IMG/VR virus record: IMGVR_UViG_3300028025_005561
Coordinates: 1 to 24,169 of that record
DNA from: a virus
Lineage: Duplodnaviria; Caudoviricetes
Reading direction: 5' to 3' (one strand)
Length of the DNA stretch: 24,169 nt
The position numbers were made by a program, and so were the translations under genes. How positions within the stretch are numbered: the first letter of the stretch is position 1; every line of letters begins with the position of its first letter. The notes below the pieces were generated by a model, which saw nothing but the letters and a program-made list of their open reading frames with translations, searched no databases and was not told where the DNA came from. Of this stretch, positions 7,275-15,677 are shown in pieces.

Positions 7275-8267
7275 ATGCCCACTCCACACATCCACTGTCT
7301 CACTTCCCTCAAAGTCGCCGGGACAGGAAGCTTCAGACTTGCCTCCGGTCAATTCCTCGGCGACTACGGAGCGAATCTCCAGAACCCAGACAAAGAAGCC
7401 CTCGATATCTACATCGCCCCAGCGGGAATGACTTTCGTCCAATGTGACCAGAGTGGCGCCGAGGCTCTCATCGTAGCCAACCTCACGCGGCCTGGAAAGT
7501 ATAGAGAACTCTTCTCTGTCAATATCAAACCCCATACCTTCATCGCTCTCCATATCTTCTGCGAATCAATGCAGAACGAATGGCCTCTCGCAGGTAAGTC
7601 ACCGAGCTATTGGAAATCTCTCAGCCCTTCTGACTTAAAGAAAGATCCAGATTGGAAACCACTAGACAAAGCAATCAAATCCTCAGACAAAGAATACAAG
7701 ATCGGCAAGATGGTCTGCCATGCTTCTTCCTATAGGATGCGTGAGCGGACCTTCCAGCTTCAAACCCTCAAGCAAAGTCACGGTACTCTTACACTTTCTT
7801 TACAAGAGTGTAAAACCTTCCTCGGTTTCTTCGCATCACTGTTTCCCGAAATCATAGAATGGCAAGATGAAATTGAATTTCAGATTAGAACTAACCGTCA
7901 GCTCCGTAATCTGTTTGGATATCCACGCCGGTTCGAGCGCACTATTACTGACTCTTATATCAGGGAAGGCATCTCGTGGGTTCCTCAGTCCACCGTGGGA
8001 TGTATCACACATATCGCAGTCAACCGCTACAACAGAGAGCGACCGCTCAAAACACTACCGGCGATTAACAATAAACATGACTCTTTTCTGGCGCTGGTTC
8101 CAGATGAGCTTGTCAACGATACGGCTAAACTCATGCAAGAATGCCTCGCCATTTCTCTCACCGGTCGAGACGGCATCAACTTCACGATGAAATCAGAAGC
8201 CCAAGCGGGAAAGAACTGGGGCAAGTATTCTAAAGAGAATCCCAACGGGATGAGAGATCTCGCCTAA
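7275..8267 (+). CDS. polA: DNA polymerase family A, C-terminal part (palm and fingers)
   Basis: GTGSFRLAS...ANLQNP, motif A DQSGAE, motif B GKMVCHASSY, FPEI..WQ, NLFGY.RRF, PQSTVG, motif C HDS, GKNWG. Confidence 0.9.
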   Translation: MPTPHIHCLTSLKVAGTGSFRLASGQFLGDYGANLQNPDKEALDIYIAPAGMTFVQCDQSGAEALIVANLTRPGKYRELFSVNIKPHTFIALHIFCESMQNEWPLAGKSPSYWKSLSPSDLKKDPDWKPLDKAIKSSDKEYKIGKMVCHASSYRMRERTFQLQTLKQSHGTLTLSLQECKTFLGFFASLFPEIIEWQDEIEFQIRTNRQLRNLFGYPRRFERTITDSYIREGISWVPQSTVGCITHIAVNRYNRERPLKTLPAINNKHDSFLALVPDELVNDTAKLMQECLAISLTGRDGINFTMKSEAQAGKNWGKYSKENPNGMRDLA

Positions 8268-8304
8268 AAGCGGCCCAGGAAAAGCTCCCGTCCTCTACCT
8301 AGCC

Positions 8305-8532
8305 ATGAGACAGACGAACGACCGAATAACACAGATCGTCAATGCGATCCGTGAAAAAGTAAAAGAGTGGCCGCCCAACCTTCCGCCACCGTCGGTTGTT
8401 ATTGTACACGAGACTCATCTTCCCAGCGAGTTCGATCCGAACTTTGAGAAGCTTGAAGGCTTCGACGTTATCACCACATTACAAATCCGCAAAAACTCTG
8501 TAAGACTCGCATACTTGCATGAGCCTCTATGA
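8305..8532 (+). CDS. Hypothetical protein
   Basis: 75-aa ORF overlapping the start of the helicase-like gene. Confidence 0.6.
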   Translation: MRQTNDRITQIVNAIREKVKEWPPNLPPPSVVIVHETHLPSEFDPNFEKLEGFDVITTLQIRKNSVRLAYLHEPL

Positions 8533-9787
8533 AGACTGGTGTTTGTACACAAAGAACGTACAAAGCCCGCAGCCGTTTGTTGACGCTGCTTTCTATTTCA
8601 TGATCGGCGCGGCCCTTCAGAGGCGCGTCTGGTTTGGAGACTTAGACTTTCACGCAGTATTTCCTAATCAATACATTGCATTCATTGGCCCTGCTTCCGC
8701 CGGGAAGTCACTCATTACGAGTCCGATGAAAGAACTACTTGAACTTCACGCCGACGTAAAAGCGCCCGAGGATGATCTCGCGGCCGAACTTCTCGGCGAA
8801 GATGCTTCAGATAATCGCAAAGGCGCACGGCAACCTTTGATCTATATCGCTCCGAACAGCACCACGTTCGAGCAATTCACACAAGAGACCTCTCGTGTGG
8901 CTTATCTTCACAGATACATCGACTCTGCCGGTAGAAGAAAAGCTTATCATCACAGCTCTCTTGTATTCATCCTCGACGAACTAACATCTATCTTTAAGAA
9001 AAATGCAGAGCAACTCTCCGACTTTCTTCTCGAAGCTTATAACGGTGGAAAGAAGTACGTACGAAAACTTAAGCACAGCGACACGGACTTTTGCACTAAT
9101 ATGTGTATTAGCCTGCTGGGGAACACCACACTGGGTAAATTCCAAAGTCTACAGAATCAAGATATTCTCTCGGACGGTTTTATGGCTCGAACCATCATCG
9201 TCTATGGGATCGAAAAACGTTTCCATCTTTATTCCATTCCCTCTCTTACTGAAGATCAGAAGGCAGCCAAGGGTCGCCTTCAGAATTATATTAGGCAACT
9301 TAATACTGTATATGGACCTGTTTCACTAAACGATGAAGCTAAGGAATACATTCATCATCACTTCGAACTCCATCCCAATCTCGTCCACACAAACAAACAT
9401 CCAATGCTGGATGAATACTATGGCCGAAAGAATCTCCATCATCAGAAGATCCTCTTTGCCGTACACTTTGCACGCACGACAGACATGGTGATCACACGGC
9501 AAGATGCCGAGGCGGCTACAGAACATCTCGCTAAGCTTGAAAAAGACATGCACATTCCCTTCGTAGGAATGGGCCGCAACGAGAGCGCAAAGATCACAGA
9601 AGACATCTGGCGCTTTATCAAGACCTCAAACAAATCCACAAAGAAATCAATCTTTATACGTTTCTATCAGTCACTCAAAACACCCGATGAACTCAACCGA
9701 GTTCTTGATGATTTGATGACGATGGAGCGTATAACAAGAGTAAGAGAAAATAACATTGAATACTATGCAGCCAAAACTAACAACTGA
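8519..9787 (+). CDS. DUF3987-like AAA+ ATPase, putative replicative helicase
   Basis: GAALQRRVW, PNQY..FIGPASAGKS (Walker A), VFILDEL (Walker B), EAYNG, LLGNTT, DGFMAR; winged-helix-like C-terminus. Confidence 0.78.
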   Translation: MSLYEDWCLYTKNVQSPQPFVDAAFYFMIGAALQRRVWFGDLDFHAVFPNQYIAFIGPASAGKSLITSPMKELLELHADVKAPEDDLAAELLGEDASDNRKGARQPLIYIAPNSTTFEQFTQETSRVAYLHRYIDSAGRRKAYHHSSLVFILDELTSIFKKNAEQLSDFLLEAYNGGKKYVRKLKHSDTDFCTNMCISLLGNTTLGKFQSLQNQDILSDGFMARTIIVYGIEKRFHLYSIPSLTEDQKAAKGRLQNYIRQLNTVYGPVSLNDEAKEYIHHHFELHPNLVHTNKHPMLDEYYGRKNLHHQKILFAVHFARTTDMVITRQDAEAATEHLAKLEKDMHIPFVGMGRNESAKITEDIWRFIKTSNKSTKKSIFIRFYQSLKTPDELNRVLDDLMTMERITRVRENNIEYYAAKTNN

Positions 9788-10133
9788 ATGCCCGACATCA
9801 CGCCCACTAAATAATGCAGAGATCCGTGCACAGTTTCTTGATCACGTTAAAGAACTCGTGTGCAAAGATCGCAACGTAACCCACGGCGACGCTGAGGATA
9901 ACTTCCGAGTGATAGGTCAGCTTTGGGATGTATATCTTACGAATACTCCGCTAACCACAGATGCCGTAAGCATTAACAACGTCGACGTTGCCATCATGAT
10001 GTGCCTCTTCAAAGTCGCACGCCTTATGGCCAATCCCAAGAACATGGAGAACTGGCACGATCTCGCGGGCTATGCAGCCTGTGGCGGTGGAATAGTAATG
10101 AAGAAGTTAGAAGAAGAGAAACAACAATACTAA
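9765..10133 (+). CDS. DUF6378-like protein
   Basis: DR...HG....NF..I..LW..YL, DVA.MM.L.K.AR, NW.DLAGYAA; first ATG at 9765 (ORF track uses TTG 9756). Confidence 0.8.
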   Translation: MQPKLTTECPTSRPLNNAEIRAQFLDHVKELVCKDRNVTHGDAEDNFRVIGQLWDVYLTNTPLTTDAVSINNVDVAIMMCLFKVARLMANPKNMENWHDLAGYAACGGGIVMKKLEEEKQQY

Positions 10134-10137
10134 ACAT

Positions 10138-10431
10138 ATGGAACAAACAACACAACTCAACTTCGGGCAAGCTCTCGAAGCATTAAAGAACGGGCGCTTT
10201 GTGTCCCGTGCTGGCTGGAACGGAAAGGGAATGTATCTCTGGGTGCTTCCCGCCGCAAAAGTTCCAGTCGAGTGGTGCAAAGAAGCTCACCTTAAGAAGC
10301 TTGCAGAAGATGCCGGTGGCGCTTTGGACTGCCTTCCGTCCATTCGGATGAAAACCGCAGACGGGAAAGTCCTGACGGGCTGGCTCGCTTCTCAGACAGA
10401 TATGTTTGCTGAAGATTGGTGCATCCTGTAA
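10138..10431 (+). CDS. DUF2829 family protein (Tad2-like anti-Thoeris sponge candidate)
   Basis: NFGQALEALKNG..VSRAGWNGKGMYL...IRMKTADG....GWLASQTDMFAEDW. Confidence 0.85.
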   Translation: MEQTTQLNFGQALEALKNGRFVSRAGWNGKGMYLWVLPAAKVPVEWCKEAHLKKLAEDAGGALDCLPSIRMKTADGKVLTGWLASQTDMFAEDWCIL

Positions 10432-10435
10432 GTAA

Positions 10436-10479
10436 AAATAAACCCTCCTTGTTAATTCAAGGAGGGTTTTTTGTTTTTT
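10436..10479. terminator. Bidirectional intrinsic terminator between convergent blocks
   Basis: AAACCCTCCTTG (10440-10451) / CAAGGAGGGTTT (10458-10469), A-rich on the left and T tract on the right. Confidence 0.88.
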
Positions 10480-10485
10480 CGTTTA

Positions 10486-13400
10486 TTAGCGCAAGCCACT
10501 CAATCCTTCAACCAAACTCTTTCGATACTTATCTTCTTGTTCCCTTATTAGATATCTCTTTACAGTCTCCGATCCCAAGCCTTCTTCCGTTCCTTCAAGC
10601 CAGCTCAAGTATCTCGCTGCCTTAAGAGGCTGCCTCTCCAACGAAGGCATGATAGCATTCTGAGCAGTCTTCAATTTTCTAATACGGCTCGCATAGTCTT
10701 CTGGTGTCGTAACTTGCTCACGCGCACGCATCACCAAACCTAATGCCTCTTCGCCGGTCTTCTCCCCAATCTCTCCCCGCTCGAATTCCCTCTCACTTAG
10801 ATTACTATAGTTCACAGCAAACGCGCCGCCGCGGCTCGGCATGCCCGTCAACTCGTCATACAACCGGCGCCGACGACGATCATCATATCGCATATTCTCG
10901 TCCTCATCCAACCAGTTCCGAGCAAGCCGCGCAACCTGCAAGTGTCCGATCACGCTATCCTGCATCAAAGCCTTCAGCACCAAGCCAAAGTCTTCGCCGT
11001 CATCAAGCGCCTTCGTCGCAGCCGCCACGCGCTTACTCACATCATACACAGCATCCAACGCTGGCATTGTCGCCACGCCCTGCGCCGTTCCGCCCGCCGC
11101 CGTGTCAATGACCATCTTGGCCACGTCGCCCGCAAAGCCAAACGTGCCGAGCTTCTGAGCCATCGTCAGGAGTTTCTGACCGAGAAGCTGTCCGCCATCA
11201 GCGCCAAGTTGTCCTTGATTCTGCTGCATCCAGCTTTCGAGTTCATTCCAAGTGATGTCTTTACCTTCACGGTTATTGATCCATTCCTGCACAGCGGAGA
11301 CAGCGCCGCCGCCCAGAACGCCAATCAGCATCTGCCCGATCAGCGGCTTAACATTACCCTGCATCGCGGGCTGTAGAGCATACTTCATGAACGAGTCATA
11401 CTGTCCAATGCTCCACTTGCTCCACGTTAGATAAGGCGCAGCGGCACCTTCAAGAACAGAGGCGGGAAGTTGTCGCATGTCATAAGAACCCTGCAACAAA
11501 CGCCCAACCTGCGCCGCGAGGTCAGCGTCAGACCGCGTGCGCCAATCAGGACTGAGCGTGTCAAGCATCTGCGTAGCGTTCTTGTCGCCGCCCAGTGCGA
11601 GGCGTTTGTTGTATTTCACAACAGTCTCGCCCCAGCCCTGTGCGATCGTGCGCGCAACGGTTTCCAGTTGGTTTAAACCAGTAAACTTACTCAGTGTCTC
11701 AGCCGCCTTCGACATGAAGCTCACAGAATCGTCGCCGATTCCGAGCACTTGACGCATATTCTGCGCGGCATCACGCTTGTTCAGGCCCGACGCGTAAGAA
11801 CGCTCCTTAAGAGCGGCCCAATTGCCGAGTCGATTAGTGAAGTCAACCAAGCCCGACGTGTATTCACCGGCGGGAAGATAGACTAATCCCTTCACCAGAG
11901 ACGTACCGATATCACCAACCTTCGAGACAGGTCCGATTGTCGCCACGCTCACAGCCTTGCCGAGGTCAGTAAGATTGCCACCGACTTTCTGCGCCGGTGT
12001 CCCACGATACTCACGCAGGATAGACTGCACGCTGGGATCGTTGATGACATTCGCGGTCGACGCGAGTATCGCAGAAGGAATAGGCTGATCGTTGAAATAC
12101 TTCTTCGCGCCCAACGCCGCCATCGCCTCAGGCGACGACTCAACGTGCTTCTGATAAGCGTAGTCCGTAGCCGAACGACGCGTGTAGTTGTTCAGATTAC
12201 CAATCAGATCATCACTGCGCCAGCTAGGCGGCAGCGGATAACCTTCAGGCTTACGAGCACCGGAGAACGGAATACCGCTCTCGATGCCCGGAGGCTTCGT
12301 CGTGATGTCAACTTTCTCCTTAAACTTCTCCTGCGCATACTTCTGCGCCTCAGCGAGAGAAGCACCGTCGGCTTGACGAAGCTGAGTATTCCACTGAATG
12401 AAGTCATTCTTCAGCTTGTCATACTCAGGCGATCCTTGCTTGGTCGTGAGGATATTCTTAACCTCCTCAGCAATGGCATGCAGCGGAATGTATGTCGGAT
12501 TAGATCCACGCGCACGAAGCCCGGCGGTGTCACGAACAGTCATGCCCGCGGCGTTATAGTCATTGACGATCGCCGGGAGATACTCATTGCGGATTTGATC
12601 ATAGGCCGCACGAAGATCCGCTGGCGGCGTCGAGCGAGTGTTGTTGTCGAATTCTTGTGAGAGGTGCATGAACAATCTCTTCTGATCCTCCGGTCGCAAC
12701 TCAGCGGCGAGAGAATACTTATTCGCCCACTCGCCCGCTTTGAAGTCTCGGGTGTTATAGGCAGCACGCAAGGGCGCAGCGACGCGCTCAAACGGTCCGC
12801 CCTTTGACGCGAGATAGTCTAGCTCAGAGGGCCGCACGATCTCAGAGCCTAGGCCGCGTTGATAACGGATGTCAGCGCTTTCAGGTGAGAAGGTACCACG
12901 ATTGGCTGTAGCGGATTTAATTTGTGTGGAATCAAAAACCGCAATTCCCGTAGGACGTTTATTAGACCCGTGTTCAAAGTCAAGATAACTATCATATCCT
13001 TTAGCCTTAAGTTCTTGAATAACCACAGGTTTTTCCAACACAGTCCAATCCCATCCACGAGTTTCGCTTACAGGTCCGCGTAGACTCTTTATTTCTGTGC
13101 GAGCTATAGAATCGCGAACGTCGAATATCTTTTCAGCTTTGAGATAAACAGGATAAATTGACGGGTCCCAGCTAGGATAACCACTAGAACCGCTTTCATA
13201 AGGATCTAAGGCAAAATCAGCAGCAAATTCAGGCTCTAACGTAAAATGCCCTGCAACATTACGCTTTCCCTGAAACTCTGTAATATCTCCATGACCAGTC
13301 CCATGATACATTACCAAAGGCTTCCCATCAGCGTCAACAACCTTACTCTCACCAAACCACGCCTTAAACTCAGGAGTCTCTTGTTGGGCACGTTGATAAC

Positions 13401-15675
13401 GCGCAGCAAACTCATCTGCAACACGCTCATCACGCGCACTTCCATACTCGCCAACATTAGGCGCGTCGTCAATATGACCGAGTTCGTGCTTGAGCACCTT
13501 AACAAAACGCTCGCGGCTGCCCGGTTCATTAGCCACAGCAGCGTCCCAAAGCGCACCGTCAATAACAACATGACCTTCGTTACGGGCGCCTGTTGTGTAA
13601 GCTCGCCCAAATGCACCTTCGTTTGACAACAGATTAGGTTGCCGTGATATCACAACATCTTCACGGAAGACATTGGGTTTTTCTTGATAGATCTTAAGCT
13701 CAGGCATTACGCCGCTAATAATATCTTCAAGATTTACTTCGCGCTGAAGTCCACGCGACGACATATTCTCCCAGTCAAGATCGTCCACACCAAGGCGACG
13801 ACCTGCTTCTTTAGCCCGAGAGAAACGCTCCTCAGTCCCACCAGTCTTCGCCACAGCAACACCCTTCCAAGGCACGGCTTCCGTAGTCGCATAGTGCATC
13901 CAAGCCAGCGCGTCTTCGGGCGACATCTTGCCCATGACAAGCTGCTTCATCGAAGCCTTGAACGCTTGATACCACGCGCGAAGCTCACTTCTCTTTACCG
14001 AAGGCATCTGCTCACCAAAGGCCTGAATCAAGCCTTCTTCGAGCGCGATGTCGTTAGCTTGCTCTTGCGTGATCTTTCCTTGCTCGACCTCAGCCTGACG
14101 CGCAGCAAGCTCAGCCTTGTACGCAGGAGAATCAAGAGCGCTATCAAGCAACGAGCGGCGCATTCCTTTGTTAGTCACGCCCGTGAACACATCGTGGCCG
14201 ATCTCATGAATTGCCGTGTCAGCCGTGGCCATTAGAGGATTGACTCGGATGATGCGATTACCATCAGCGTCAACCATATACAAACCACGCACCTGCTGAG
14301 AGCCAGCATAAGCGCGATCAAGCTCGATCTTCAGGCCGCGGCGATTAGCAATCTCGTTGGCGAGGTTGATGTCTTCTTGCGTGATCTTGCCGGTGTATTC
14401 TTCAGGCGCACGCTGTAGGCGCGTATAGATCTCACGAGCGGCTTCGGTGGCGTTTTGAGTTTCAGCTTCAGGAAGAAGCTTCATCGCAGTCTCTTCGGAC
14501 TTGAGCACCTTGCTCATCGAGGGGCCTTTAGAACTAGGAATGTCTAGCTCAGGCGCCATCATCTCAACAAACGGCTTGGGCCGATTCAAGAAATCTTGGT
14601 AAGCCTGCTCCAAAGACTGCTCAGCCTGTTTGGCAATAAACGCTGGCATACGCGACGGATCACGCAAAGCCGCTCCGACCTCAGAATCTTGAGCCAGCTC
14701 AGCCAACCGCTCACGAGGCACCTTCATCTTGATCTCCTCAGCCGCGCCCTTGATCAGATCCGTAGTCGGCTCAGTCTCAGACTTCCACCAGTTGGTGTAG
14801 TCTTTAGCCATAGCCTTTTCGGTGAGAGGTTTGCCTTCGGGCGTGAAGAAACGCTCAGGCGCAATCTTCTCAGCGCCAATATCCAAGCGTTCCTCGCGCG
14901 GCGTAGCGAACTCACTGGGCGGATATTCCATGAACTCCGCTTGTTCACGCGCAGCCGCAAGATCACCCGGAGCTTCACGCCGCGGCTCAGGAATATCCTG
15001 AAAGCCAAACTTCCTTCCGAGCGCAGTAGGCCGATTGAACAACGTCCCAAGCGCAACGTCAGCCGCAAAGCGAGGCGCAGAGAACTCGCCGCCCTGTGAC
15101 ATATTAACCAACTGACCCGCCGTAGAGCCAGCCACATTCGCAGCAATGTTTGCCGCTGGGGCAAGAAACTCAGGCTTAGCCAAAGCCTCGCCGAGAGTCT
15201 CAGTGCCCCGCACAGTGGGCCGCAACAAGCCGCTCATGCCCTGCATAGACGGCCTGAACGCCAAAGCATTCGGAGCAAATCCGCCGAGATATGAATAGAT
15301 AGGCTGATCTGTTTCAGCGCGGCGCATTTCCTCAATAGCAGAAGGTGCAACCTTCTCAAGCACAGCTTCTTGGCCTCTGCCAGCAAGGTAACCCGCACCA
15401 GCGCCGCCACCGATTGCACCAATTCCAACGCCAACTGGGCCGAACGGTGCGCCAGCCATCATGCCTAACTTAGCGCCACCTAAACCAGCGGCAGACGGAA
15501 CAAGGTTGCCCAAGAAAGAAGTCCCCGCTGCACGCAGAGGAGACATCACTTCACGCTGAGGTTCTACAGGAGCCTGTGCAACCTGCCGCCGAACAACGCG
15601 CCCATCAGGCGTCATGTCATACTCAGCGGGATCGAGCCCACTCTGCTGCATCCATTCGAGTTGATTTTGAGTCAT
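10486..15675 (-). CDS. Large polyvalent internal virion (ejection) protein with two HExxH zincin-like modules and an ADP-ribosyltransferase-like module
   Basis: 1729 aa, last gene of the virion operon; N-terminal glycine-zipper segment; HEIGH (14194-14208), HELGH (13474-13488); FKAWFGESKVVDADGKPLVMYHGT...IYPVYLK...KGYD...AVFDSTQIKSA. Confidence 0.8.
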   Translation of the reverse strand: MTQNQLEWMQQSGLDPAEYDMTPDGRVVRRQVAQAPVEPQREVMSPLRAAGTSFLGNLVPSAAGLGGAKLGMMAGAPFGPVGVGIGAIGGGAGAGYLAGRGQEAVLEKVAPSAIEEMRRAETDQPIYSYLGGFAPNALAFRPSMQGMSGLLRPTVRGTETLGEALAKPEFLAPAANIAANVAGSTAGQLVNMSQGGEFSAPRFAADVALGTLFNRPTALGRKFGFQDIPEPRREAPGDLAAAREQAEFMEYPPSEFATPREERLDIGAEKIAPERFFTPEGKPLTEKAMAKDYTNWWKSETEPTTDLIKGAAEEIKMKVPRERLAELAQDSEVGAALRDPSRMPAFIAKQAEQSLEQAYQDFLNRPKPFVEMMAPELDIPSSKGPSMSKVLKSEETAMKLLPEAETQNATEAAREIYTRLQRAPEEYTGKITQEDINLANEIANRRGLKIELDRAYAGSQQVRGLYMVDADGNRIIRVNPLMATADTAIHEIGHDVFTGVTNKGMRRSLLDSALDSPAYKAELAARQAEVEQGKITQEQANDIALEEGLIQAFGEQMPSVKRSELRAWYQAFKASMKQLVMGKMSPEDALAWMHYATTEAVPWKGVAVAKTGGTEERFSRAKEAGRRLGVDDLDWENMSSRGLQREVNLEDIISGVMPELKIYQEKPNVFREDVVISRQPNLLSNEGAFGRAYTTGARNEGHVVIDGALWDAAVANEPGSRERFVKVLKHELGHIDDAPNVGEYGSARDERVADEFAARYQRAQQETPEFKAWFGESKVVDADGKPLVMYHGTGHGDITEFQGKRNVAGHFTLEPEFAADFALDPYESGSSGYPSWDPSIYPVYLKAEKIFDVRDSIARTEIKSLRGPVSETRGWDWTVLEKPVVIQELKAKGYDSYLDFEHGSNKRPTGIAVFDSTQIKSATANRGTFSPESADIRYQRGLGSEIVRPSELDYLASKGGPFERVAAPLRAAYNTRDFKAGEWANKYSLAAELRPEDQKRLFMHLSQEFDNNTRSTPPADLRAAYDQIRNEYLPAIVNDYNAAGMTVRDTAGLRARGSNPTYIPLHAIAEEVKNILTTKQGSPEYDKLKNDFIQWNTQLRQADGASLAEAQKYAQEKFKEKVDITTKPPGIESGIPFSGARKPEGYPLPPSWRSDDLIGNLNNYTRRSATDYAYQKHVESSPEAMAALGAKKYFNDQPIPSAILASTANVINDPSVQSILREYRGTPAQKVGGNLTDLGKAVSVATIGPVSKVGDIGTSLVKGLVYLPAGEYTSGLVDFTNRLGNWAALKERSYASGLNKRDAAQNMRQVLGIGDDSVSFMSKAAETLSKFTGLNQLETVARTIAQGWGETVVKYNKRLALGGDKNATQMLDTLSPDWRTRSDADLAAQVGRLLQGSYDMRQLPASVLEGAAAPYLTWSKWSIGQYDSFMKYALQPAMQGNVKPLIGQMLIGVLGGGAVSAVQEWINNREGKDITWNELESWMQQNQGQLGADGGQLLGQKLLTMAQKLGTFGFAGDVAKMVIDTAAGGTAQGVATMPALDAVYDVSKRVAAATKALDDGEDFGLVLKALMQDSVIGHLQVARLARNWLDEDENMRYDDRRRRRLYDELTGMPSRGGAFAVNYSNLSEREFERGEIGEKTGEEALGLVMRAREQVTTPEDYASRIRKLKTAQNAIMPSLERQPLKAARYLSWLEGTEEGLGSETVKRYLIREQEDKYRKSLVEGLSGLR
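12857..13401. repeat. 11-bp direct repeat CGTTGATAACG (12857-12867 and 13391-13401) flanking the ART-like module
   Basis: Exact copies 534 bp (178 codons) apart, both within in-frame RYQR codons on the - strand. Confidence 0.75.
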
Positions 15676-15677
15676 GC

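Noticed and set aside
5800-7320. Group I/II intron or split intein joining the polymerase halves
   Set aside because: Spacers are only 3-11 nt and the interval is filled by two intact genes; no intein N-terminal block after the thumb and no HN-C/S junction (HIHC is not one)
9765-10133. Evidence of a Z-base or other modified-base pathway
   Set aside because: No purZ, datZ, thymidylate-synthase-like or glycosyltransferase gene recognisable in the window; DUF6378 alone is insufficient
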